Under the pieces are notes generated by a model. It saw only the letters and a list, made by a program, of their open reading frames with translations. It was not told the origin of the DNA and made no database searches. Made by a program: the position numbers and the translations under genes. This document shows positions 12,522-23,836 of a stretch of 64,000 nt of DNA, in pieces; within the stretch, counting starts at the first letter, position 1; every line of letters starts with the position of its first letter. This DNA comes from Cirrosporium novae-zelandiae (taxonomy: Eukaryota): NCBI GenBank assembly GCA_026023565.1, contig JAPETS010000019.1, positions 1 to 64,000 of the forward strand. The letters run 5' to 3'.

Positions 12522-14251
12522 ATGGATACAAACAAGGACACGAAACAGGAAGACGTTGATTTTGGCACCATTGCCCATATTGAGTCCACTGTAGACAATA
12601 ACATTGACCACCAAGAAATCCTGAACGATGTCGACCTCGATTCGATTGAAACCACAAAGCCGGGAGCCTTCATCTGGCTTGTCGTCCTAACTGCCGCTGT
12701 CGGTGGTCTCCTTTTTGGATACGATACCGGTGTTATTTCAGGTGTCCTGGTCGTTATCGGATCCGATCTCGGCAAAGATCTCAGCAGTTCGGATAAGGAA
12801 TTAATTACTTCCCTAACTTCAGGGGGGGCATTTGTCGGTGCTATCGTTGCTGGTATGATGGCTGACCGGTTTGGGAGAAAGTTAGCCATCTGGATCGGCT
12901 CTGTATTGTTCACTGTTGGTGCCATCGTTCAAGCTGTGTCCTACAATCTGGCTCAGATGTCCGCTGGTCGGTTTATCATAGTAAGTTTGGAAAGCCCTCA
13001 TTAGGCGGTCGAGACCTAATCGTTCATAGGGTCTTGGAGTGGGAGCCGCAGCTATGGTCGTCCCTCTTTATATTTCTGAATTATCTCCAACAAGATTCAG
13101 GGGCCGCATGGTAGCTATCGATGTCATCGCCATCACCGGTGGCCAGGTTATTGCTTATTGTATTGATGCTGCGTTCGAACACGTCTCTAATGGCTGGCGA
13201 TATATGGTTGGAATTGGAGGAATTCCCTCGGTCCTGTTGGCTATTTTTCTCTTCTGGTGCCCCGAGTCACCTCGCCAGCTGATTTATCACAACAAACCCG
13301 ACGAATGCGCAGCCATACTTAGAAAAATCTATCCAAATGCCACCGAGAGGCAGGTAGAGAATAAAGTCCTACTTATCCAAACCGGTGTCAATGAAATCAA
13401 GGCCCTTCATCAAGAGATGACACCATACAAATCCTTGAAGCAGTTGTACGGTGTGCCTGCCAATTTTAGAGCTTTGGTGGTGGCTTGTGGTTTGATGGCG
13501 ATTCAACAGCTGTGCGGGGTATGCATTTCAAATCTTTCCAACATTTTTGATAAACTAGGCTAATGCTGACATTGCCATTTAGTTTAATACTTTGATGTAC
13601 TATTCTTCGACGCTTTTTGCTATCGTTGGTTTTAAGAATGCCGTCGCTGTAGGAATCGTGGTTGCAGGCACAAACTTCATCTTTTCCGGCATTTCCGTCA
13701 AATGGATCGACCGCATTGGCCGTCGAAACATCTTGGTCTGGACAATGTGGGGAATGTCAGCATCTCTTGTCCTCGCCGCAATTGCCTTCTCTTATATTCC
13801 TATCAACCTCGACACCCTTGAGCTTGAGACTGATGACGCGGGTTGGGCTGGTATTGTTGTCCTCGTAGCAATCATCCTCTTTGTCGCTTTCTACGCTTCT
13901 GGCCTTGGAAATGTCCCATGGCAAGCCACTGAGCTTCTCCCTATGGAGGTTCGTGCGATGGGTACTATGATGGTCACATGCACTAATTGGGGTATAAACA
14001 TCATCATCTCATCAACATTCTTGTCCATGATGAAGGGGATGACACCATCTGGTGCGTTTGGTCTCTATGCGTCTCTATGCTTCTTTGGTTGGATTTCTGT
14101 CATTTTTTGCTACCCTGAAGTAGCACAGATGACACTGGAACAAATTCGATATGTCTTTGAGGATGGCTTTGGCGTACGCAAGGCAAAGCAATGGCGAAAG
14201 CAGCACAAGGATGAACTTGCAACCAGGAAAGAGAAAGAAGGGATAGTTTGA
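12522..14251 (+). CDS. MFS sugar porter, myo-inositol transporter (ITR-like); exons 12522-12980, 13030-13518, 13583-14251
   Basis: GGLLFGYDTGVISG, ADRFGRK, GRFII|GLGVG, VPLYISELSP, ITGGQVIAY, PESPR, QQLCG|FNTLMYYSSTLF, DRIGRR, GLGNVPWQ..ELLP.EVR. Canonical introns restore the frame. Confidence 0.92.
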
Positions 14252-15434
14252 ACAAACGAGTCCAAATGCTATGTGCTGTAATGTAACGAGGCGTTGGAAA
14301 TATGGGATTATTGGCGGGCTTGGGGGAAACTCGGGCAGCTTATGACTTGTATTTATGCTGACCCGACATTGACCTGTATATCCTAACGAAATGAATATAT
14401 CTCCACATTTAGACATGACTTCCAAGCCCAAACCACTCTTTCTGCTATCGTTAACTGCCTATAAATTGTGATATTTTCTTCTATTCAATTTCTGGAGAAT
14501 AAAAAACGGAATAGTTTTCCGGTCTCTTCCAAGATCTGCTTGAAGGGCTTTGTGAAAAAAGTCATTTGGCAGCTAGATTCAACCGTTTCTTCGTTGGTTA
14601 AGCGCTTTCTCGCCGACAATTCCCCCAGAGTTTCTCCATGTTCTCGGCTTGAGGGAATCGGGTATTGAACTTTTTACATAACCGATGACTACCCCTGTCT
14701 GTCGTGGGGTTTAGATTCAGGGTGGGTAAACTGCGGCTATAGAAATGCATTCCACACGACTTGACTCTGGCGAAGATTTCCTTCCCTAGCAATCAAGGTA
14801 TAAACTAGAACTTGGTTTCGGTAGTTGGACCTTCCCCAACCTTCCTCTTAAGAGTCTGGGGTTAATTAATAGCAGCCATTTGTTGTATCTTTCGAACTAT
14901 ACGGGGAAGAGCTCGGCGACTGAGGTCCCGAGCCTGAAACGAAACTCCAATAAAGACAAATTATTCTGCGAGAACCTTCAACCACTATTTGCTTTCTTGC
15001 AAGGGGTAAGGGACCACTCTGATCGTGGCAAGCAACTATAATGCATTGACTATGTGACAGCTTGAGTCCCAGGGTGCAATTCCTGTCCAAGCTTCAATGG
15101 CCGTCATAGCTTTCACGCCGAGATGAATTACCCCCAGAACTCCGCAAAGTGCGGTGAGTTGTGGGGTTGTCTACTCCTTCCAAGAAAACCATGAACGACA
15201 ATTGATCAATATATATATCCGTCCTACTAACAGGCTTTTCTATTGTGCAAGTACGCTATCCACTCTCATTAGCATCTATTTCCATTTACCTAACCTCGGG
15301 GAAATAAGTTTCCAAATCCTTTCCAACTAATCCTTCCTCCTCTTGAAGTACTTTATCTACTTTATAAAAGGCCGACTGCTCTGCTCCTTGTTTTCACCAT
15401 CTACACCCATCTTATCCGCTAGCTATCATCTAAA

Positions 15435-16584
15435 ATGGGTATCAAGAAGCTCCAGACTGCCGTTGCTGGTCTCGGCCGCATGGGAAAACGACATGCCACA
15501 AACTTCCTCAACCGCACTCCACGCTGCGAGCTTATCGCCGCTTTCTCCCCTGATGCGACCGAAATCGAATGGGCAAAGGAAAATCTCGAGCCTTATGGGG
15601 TTACCCTATATACGGACTATAAAAAAATGTTGGAACACCCGGGATTGGAAGCCATGGTTGTGTCAACAGCCACCCCTGTGCATGCAGAAGAGACAATTCA
15701 GGCAATTGAGAAAGGCTTGCATACTCTGTGCGAAAAACCATTGAGCTTGAGTGTTGACGTGGTGAGGCTGCCCTGATTTGCGTGAGATTTGAGTTGATCG
15801 TACACGAGGGGAAGCTTGACCGTATTTACTAATAGACACATAGTGTAAAACGGTCATCGAAGCCGCAAACAAGCGCCCAGATTTGAAAGTCATGTGTGGT
15901 TTCTCTCGTCGTTTTGATCAGTCCTACCGAGACGCTTGGAAGAAGATGGATGATGGTCTCATTGGCAGTCCTTGTGTCATTCGCAGCCAAACTTGTGACA
16001 AAAATGATCCTTCTGGTTTCTTCATCGAATACGCCCGCAAGTCTGGGGGTGTTTTCGTTGACATGTCCATTCACGATATCGACCTCACCTTGTGGTTCTT
16101 GGGTGAGAACCTCCAACTTAAGAGCGTTTCCGCGTACGGTATTACGTCCAACATGCCCCAGCTGCAAGAATTTGGCGACTGTGATAATGCTGTGGGAGTC
16201 GTCGAGTTTTACGGTGGGAAGCTTGCTCATTATTTCTGTTCACGAATTATGGCACACGGACAAGAAGACAGCACCGAGGTCATAGGAACGGATGGTAAAC
16301 TCGCCATCAACACGAATCCTCAAAGCAACCTTGTCTTGCATTCGCACCCTGGTGGCGTCTCTCGCGATGTGCCCCCGCATTATTATGGTCGTTTTGAGAT
16401 GGCATTCGTCACGGAAGCGAACGAATTCACTGCCGCATGTCTAGATGACACCCCCTTACCACTTAGGCTGTCTACGGCAGTTATAGCAGTGGAGATTGGA
16501 GCCGCTTTACAGGAAGCATTGCATACGGGCAAGTCGCTACATTTCGACGAGAATGGAAAAAGGATCGAAAGGGCCTCGTTATAA
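15435..16584 (+). CDS. Gfo/Idh/MocA NAD(P) oxidoreductase, myo-inositol 2-dehydrogenase-like; exons 15435-15761, 15844-16584
   Basis: AGLGRMGKRH, LCEKPLS, VMCGFSRRFDQSY, SGGVFVDMSIHDID. Intron GTGAGG...CTAAT...TAG. Confidence 0.9.
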
Positions 16585-17435
16585 AGGGATAAATGTCGAG
16601 GATGATTTCGATTTGGGACTGTAAGAGGGTTAATAATGATCACAAGTATGATTGTTTATGAACCGGGGAGTAGCATTGGGATATATTTCGGTTTCATGAT
16701 TAAGGAACCTAGATACTTACTGTGTAACTAGACTATGAAATTTTGGACAAAAATTGCAGTGGTTTTGGAACTGGACATGTCTCGAGTCTATTATGTCATT
16801 GAGGTAGGACAAAGCATCTGCTATTGCTGTGTATCTATCTTGTGCATCTGAAAGTAACTAAGAATGGCTAACTCTCCGGTATCTCGCGATGCAGATAGTC
16901 AATGACGAATACATTAGTTGGATTCGGTTAGTTCCTCAGTTCAGTTGGATTTTTGACTGGAAGAGAACTTTGAAGAGAATCCTTTGTGTTCATCAAACAA
17001 ATCTTTTATTCAATTACGTTGCTTATTGACTTTTCTCTTCCTTGGTTTAACACGCTAAGGACGTTATGGGCATGATGGTTCCGGTGTTGCTTAGATATCA
17101 ACTTCCGTCTTTCGGCTCCTGGTACTCTTCTTGTAGGAATTGATAGTTAATCGATACGTTTCTCGTCTTCTGTACTTCTTGCTCTTAGTTGGATCCCCCC
17201 CCATCCATTCATTCATCTTTATAATAATAATGTCATCATTGAACATCTTCAAGATGTTTTGACATTTAACCAGAAACTACCACTCCACTCAATCATGACT
17301 TAGCTAGGTGCTATCCCTCGTCTGAGGTCCTCTTAACCCTTGGTTTCTAACCGTTTCCAATTGTGAGTGATTAAAGAAAAATTAATTTGTATAACTCAAG
17401 CTGATGCGATTTCAGCCTTTGACTCAATCTTAATC

Positions 17436-18748
17436 ATGAGTTCCTCCTCGAAACTGTCCGCTGCGGCAGTTGCTAGACAACAGCCACTCACTCCTCTATC
17501 ACCCGCCACGTTATCGATGCCCGCAGTCCCAGAGAAGATTGTCGCACTGCCTATAACTCCCCCAGATTTCGGTGAAGTCGAAGCCGCCGCCATAAGCGTG
17601 CAAGCTCTTTCGACAGCTGTCCATGTCATATCCACGGAGCGATTTGCGCTTGAACATCTTGAAGATTTATATCAAAATGATCCTATCGCACGAGAGGGGT
17701 TTGCGCATGCCGTTGAAAGTCTGTGCAAATCCATAACAAATGGTGGAAAGTTGGTTATCAGTGGAGTTGGCAAGAGCGCAAAGATTGCTGAAAAGATTGT
17801 GGCTACGATGAATAGTTTGAGCATCCAATGCTCATTTTTACATCCCATTGAGGCTCTCCATGGTGATCTTGGGATGATCCGCTCGGTATAAATAATTATC
17901 TATCCTCGAAAATAATCACTAACATTCTAATTCCGTAGATTGACACCATCCTTCTTATTACTTTCTCTGGACGAACTCCAGAACTCCTCTCCCTCCTCCC
18001 CCATCTTCCTTCATCTTGCCCGCTACTCGTCCTGACCGCTCATACTGTCCCTCATACATGTCTTCTCTTAGAGCGTCGCTCTAGTAATTCCATCCTTCTT
18101 CCCGCTCCGATTCCCGTTTCCGAACATGCTTCATTCGGCATTCGTGCACCTACGACCTCTACCACCGTTGCGCTTGCTTTGGGCGATGCTCTGGCACTTG
18201 CTGCTGGAAGGCGCCTGCATACAATTCCCGGTCGTGGGCCTTCGGAAGTATTTCTGGCAAATCACCCTGGTGGCGCTATCGGGGCCAGTGTGTCGGAAAC
18301 GGGACCAAAACGGATAAGCCATATTGCGACATTGGTTCGTAATATTAAAGTGATATCAGCCGTGGATGATGAGGTTCATGACTCCTGCCTTACTGATATT
18401 GTATGTGCAGCTGTTCGCTCGCCTGGAGGATGGGTTCTTACTGATCCGTATCGGGTTATCGCACCAAGACAAATCCAGAATGTAATGAAGGGTGCTTCTA
18501 ACCTCAATGCCCCAATATCAAGTTTGGACAGAAGCGTCATTATTGAAAAAGGGGATTGGATTTCTGTTCTAGGTAAATGGAGCATTGAGGAATGCCGCGA
18601 GTGGATTCGTCGGATGCGAGAAGAAGAAAGAGGACGAGGGTTCTTGAAACAGGGAACTATCTTGGGGGTAGTAGATGAAGAGGGCACTGTGAGTGGTGTA
18701 GTTGAAATCGAGGATGTTTGGGGAGAAGACTGGGGCGAGTGTGGATAA
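17436..18748 (+). CDS. SIS-domain sugar-phosphate isomerase (KpsF/GutQ-like); exons 17436-17885, 17939-18748
   Basis: LVISGVGKSAKIAEKIVATMNS, FLHPIEALHGDLGMI, ITFSGRTPEL, APTTSTTVALALGDALA, NHPGGAIG, degenerate CBS-like C-terminus GVVDEEGTVSGVV. Confidence 0.9.
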
Positions 18749-21700
18749 CTGCTGGATACAGTGGCAAAAGAAAACTTATAGACGGATTTTGGGAGGATAC
18801 TTTTGAGCGCTTTTTGGGAGCCTTTTGTGGAGGTTTTTTTGTGGATGCTTTTTGGGGAGGCTCCTTTACTTGAATAGATTCCCTTATGGTTGGCTATATT
18901 CTTTTGGGCTTTTGGCAAAGCGAAGATCCTACGCAGGCGTGGTTCTCGGGTCAAATGGAAAAGTCCTTAGAGAAGAAATGGATGGTGGGAATTTTTGAAG
19001 CAAGTCTTGCGATCATTGGGATCCATCTATCCATTCATCTCATCGTCATTGGCCCCTACCTGCCTACATTTAAATCTCTTACGCATCGTACAAGAGATAT
19101 CATTCGATTTTTGGCATGACAGATTTTATCTAACTCTGCTAACGGAATTGCAGGTACACCAGAATACTTAAGCTGTCTTCGTCGTTCTATGTGAGCTTTA
19201 TTCATCACGTCTGGGTAAGCAGTATAACGGGTAGGGATGGAGCATATCAACATGGTATGGTATACATAACATCAGATTTTCAATCACTAAGTATCCTATC
19301 TCAGCCCAGACTCTCCTGCTCATGGACCTCCCTTTAGGTTCTCAAGAGATGCGATGAATCCCATTTCCTAATCCGAACACAAACATCCGAATTCTCAATG
19401 ATACCTACTATGAAAATAGACTCTCTACGTCTTAATTCCCTGGAGCTTGGCATAACGTTCCTCCTGCCGCCCCTTTGAACATTCCACTGATTACGTAGTA
19501 CCAATAGCTTTCTGAGCACAGCTATTCCAAATTCAAACCTTCGCTCATTCAAAAGGTCAACCCTGGTTTTGAAAGTTCGCCTTCATCTAGTATTTAACGT
19601 TCCTTCTGTTATGGAACCTCGTCGGGATATTTGCTTGCGATGTTCTTTTTTGATTCGTAATGCCTGTGCCAGAGGAATATGACTATGCATTATAGTGCTC
19701 TAATACCGGCTTCTTTGATCAATACCTCAAGGATGCCCCTTACTAGAGAGTGAACTTGATATACAAGTTTTTTATTATGACTTAACGAAATCGAGGATCG
19801 ACAAACCACCCCCTGAGTATACTTTCTTTCAACTTGAAGGGCCTACAGTCTGAATTGACTGTGCTCACTGGCCTCGGCCCTTCGAAAATCTGGAAAAGGG
19901 CCAAGAATTGCGTGTCTTATGTTGAGTCATAAAAGATAATGGGGTTACACTGGTAGGATGGTATAACTCATATCCCGACACCATATCAGACGAAAGGGAA
20001 CATGTATGGTCCGTGCGCGGGTATCAACAAATATCCGAAACATTAAGCGAAAGCATTACGTAGATACTTTTTAGATGTTCACGTCTTGCTAATACATAAT
20101 AGGTAAAAGCAAGATGGTTTCTGTTGATATAAACTGGCACCACCATCCATAATCAGGCTCATTATTATTATTATTATAATTTTACCTCTTGCAAACGTTG
20201 GACGGCTCGTCTGATATTCCTCCTGAGGGGCTACCAGCATCAAAGGATATGTCTGTCCTGCAAATATATTGTTTGCAGACATGGCAGTACATGCAAGAAG
20301 CCTCTTTGCATAATTTTCCTTTTTCTTTTTGCTACCAGCATCAATGGGTGAAACCTGTTTACTCGTCCAGCAGACCGGTATATTCCTTTCATGTTCATGA
20401 TTGCTTGGTGTCATTTCCCTTATCTTCAAATACTCCCACATGATCTAGGGGGGGTCATGCCGTCGCTCTTTGGTGATGTAGAGATCATTGTGTTCAAAGG
20501 TTTGTCGCTATGTTTGTGTGCCAGACGGGAGGATATGGGGAGGAAGTCAATGGTTAGCCCCCTGACCCCTGCCGGAAGACAGGAAAATGGCTTTATCTTG
20601 ATAATATCTTGGTAGGTGGAAGGGTGGAGATTGAAGAGGATGATCGGGGTATGGGAAGCACAATCATGCTGCTATACTAGACTTCATTGTTTGGCAGTTT
20701 CAGCTGGATGGTACCAGTGTAGCGTGAGTTGTTTGTACCACCCTTGGACCTTCAGTATGACTGATTGATGTACACAGTATTGTGAAGTATAATCTCGCAT
20801 GAGCTATAAGCTATGACCGTGCTGGCATATCCTGCTTGAGGGAGGGTGTGTTTGAGTGACTATGGTCTATACGTCTGCGCTCGTGCTTTGACCCACATGC
20901 CGAGCTGCGGGTACTATTTTTTTCATCCCTCAGAGTGACTTAAATATCGGACGAATGTGAATAAGTAAAATTCGACAACACTGGTGATATAGGGGATAGC
21001 ATGCACGTGACAAATTCACTACTATGGAAACATCCATGTTTGAGGGTAATGCATGTAGCTACCTGCTGGTATGCACATGCTCTTGTTTGATACAGGATTC
21101 TGTCTGGATTGATCAGAAGGCTCTTTGGGTATCTACTACCAGAGTGAATTGTCACCGCTGTGGTGCTGTGGTGCTGGTTTCAGGCTGCTTGCAAAATTAT
21201 AAATATCTCCCTTTTCCCCTCTCAAATCCTGACTTCTTATTGCCATTCTTTTTTCATTCCTTAGAATGGCTTTGCCTAGATTTATCCACCAGAGACACCT
21301 TTCTATTACTCCTTTATATATCCCTTAATTACAATGATCTCTATATAGATTTTTAACATATCTGTGAGTAAATACTATGATAAGTACATCCTTCCTCATG
21401 ATACCTTCTCTCATCTTTAGGCTTCGGCATGAAACACATTGAAACTGCATGGATGTTATTGCCCCATTCGGGCTGAAGCCAAGTGGACCGATTCATATGC
21501 CAGTCTTCCCAAGATCTTGGTCACTGCATCAACGATGACAGCATTAGGGAACAAGGTAACCAGAAGGTCTATAAGTAGGCTCGTACAAGAACCCATGGCC
21601 GCATCGTTCGATATACATCGGAACTAGTACAAGTTTCTACTTATCAACGAGCATGACTTGGATTCCACTTCGATGTTTTTTTTTTTGGGATTTCAGCAAA

Positions 21701-21923
21701 CAACTGGTTGAAGATCTCCCTCTCTCTCAAAAAACTTTGCTACGTAGATATCAATTACTCAGATTGGGGACTGATTTTCAAGACCCATACTCCCAAACAC
21801 AACTGGAATGTTCTTTTTATAAGCACATTGATTCATTCCACCCCATCATCGTCCTCGTTTCTTCTTAAAAACATTCATTTTAAATCATTTATTTGTTTAA
21901 TCTGTTCTTTTCATTAACCCTAA

Positions 21924-22408
21924 TGTTACGGTTCCCTATTAGGTTAGGCCATTAGGGCATAGACCCTAGGCTCACCTTATAAGGTGAGCCTCCACCCTAG
22001 TCTAGGACATCAACCAATCTACATATCACCAGTCAGAACCTTGGGCATTTCCATGACCTGAGGCTCCCTGACAAGTGGTAGCATGACTGAGTTCGATCAA
22101 GGCTCACCCTGGTCACCAAGATCTTACTGATCTACCAGAAAGCTCGCTTTCACCACCAGATTTTGCCGTTCTTAGGGATTGACCTGAGGTTATATCCACC
22201 AAAATCAAGCATTTTCTGACTCCCACCTCCTCCCCCGCACTTCCCCACCACCACCAATTAGCTCATGGTTATCCATCTAGCTCAATATTCACCTTGAATA
22301 AGCTCTTGATTCCTAGGAATCTCGCACTTTCTACTCACTATCCCCTATCCAATCTACATATCACCAGTCAGAACCTTAGGTATTTCCATGACCTGAGGCT
22401 CCCTGACA
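21924..22408 (+). mobile_element. Internally deleted (TRIM-like) LTR retroelement: 150-bp 5' LTR, 3' LTR remnant, 5-bp TSD CCTAA
   Basis: 5' LTR 21924-22073 (TG...CA) followed by AGTGGTAGC (PBS-like TGG). Its last 60 bp recur at 22349-22408 with 2 mismatches. CCTAA flanks both ends (21919-23, 22409-13). Confidence 0.85.
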
Positions 22409-22587
22409 CCTAAACAAATCTTCGGGGATTAACATTCCTCTCCATTGGGGCCATTCTGATGGTAGACTGCTGCCGAGTCCAAAAAAATTAGGACCCCAGG
22501 TCTGAAAGGGGCGTTAACTAAAGGCCGACCCAGATGATTTGCAGCCTTGGGATCTTGCTTTAACTACGCGTTCGAGTAATCGCGCTA

Positions 22588-23836
22588 TTGAGGGTCTGGC
22601 AGGACTATTACCAAGAGGGGAATCGCTACAAATCATCAATTGATAACATTGTGGCAACCAAAGAATCTACCGAGGCGAAAGATTTCGAGGAGAACATTGA
22701 AATGTTGGATGTAGGAATGCGGATGAAGCCCCAGCCCCACCCTAGCCAACAATATTTTTTTTCTTTTGGGTGAGTGGACCAACCTGTCGCTGATGCTCCC
22801 CAAGCGTAAGTCCGACCTTCCGGAACGTGAGAAGCTGAATGAATTTCCGCCCATCCACAACCAATCTACAGAACAGCCAACATGTGCATATTGCAAGGCC
22901 AAATACCCCCAACTCTTCCAAGTGCAGATACCAGGCGGGAAACCGATGGTGAGAAGACCGTCAGACTGCTCGTTCTATGCATCCCCCACTGACATAGACA
23001 ACCGAATCCCGGTCCAAAACCAAAGGGAGCGGAACTGCCACGGAATCCGAGGCAGCTCCCCTGGAGGAAACACTGGGGGAGGAGAAACGCCGTGAAAAGG
23101 GCGGAAGAGAAGAAGGCTGCTCGAAAGGCGAAAAAAGCGGTCACCACCTTGAGGTTGCAGAAATGGTCGATTAACTTGTCCTTGTCCTTACATAGAAGTA
23201 TTACTCTGGTCTCTATATCAAAATCGCTTAACAAGGTTCTCATTGGGGGACTTACAATTCCCCAAGAAGCTATAAACAAAACTCGTGACAAGAAACCTTT
23301 CTGCCTCTTTATAGGGCCTCTCTTCTTATTCATTGGCCCAACCTGTTGATTTTTATGTTACAACTTTTCTTTGAGTGCTCATGGAGATTCCCGAGTCCCT
23401 TAATGTTATCGTGCAGACATTTGGCCTGATAGATTGCATGGGCCAGCTCATCGTGCCCCTCCTGTATATTCTCCACACCTGGCGCACCAACGACCGCGCC
23501 GTGGAGTATAGCAACACCTGAAAATTCATCTAGTAGGTGCTGTCCGCCGATTTAGGCGGAGACAATGACTATGAGAAGCTTAAGCTTGCGGAGGAGGTCA
23601 TCCAGATCCTGTTCGGCTAGCATTGCAGCAGACTGTTCTGGAAGGATTGTGCGGCCCGACCTTGGGCCGATGCCGCTACTGATCAGGAAATCCCCCCCGA
23701 CCCCAAGTTTAGTGAGGTTAAAGGCGACCGCTTCCGAATTAGGACCCTCCAACCCGGCTCTCATGCTCCTGGCATTGAGGGAGAGGATGAATATTCGCGG
23801 GACAAAGGTGAGGCGACTGGGGTTGCCCAAACATAA
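22588..23836 (+). pseudogene. Degraded ORF of unrecognised family (Cys-containing CAYCKAK segment; C-terminal EKLKLAE..LFWKxCAAR domain)
   Basis: Protein-like translation broken by frameshifts and in-frame stops. The C-terminal part 23573-23800 has a ~70%-identical paralog starting at 30738. Confidence 0.6.

Noticed and set aside
18376..18954. 192-aa minus-strand ORF and similar antisense ORFs over real genes (e.g. 12497-12925, 40689-41656)
   Set aside because: Shadow frames of recognisable genes, with no independent motifs.
18800..21900. Possible Starship captain (DUF3435 tyrosine recombinase) at the island's left edge
   Set aside because: No long ORF or recognisable recombinase motif in the frames I translated.
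21914..21923. TTAACCCTAA telomere-like word at the LTR insertion site
   Set aside because: Single unit, expected by chance; no telomeric array.
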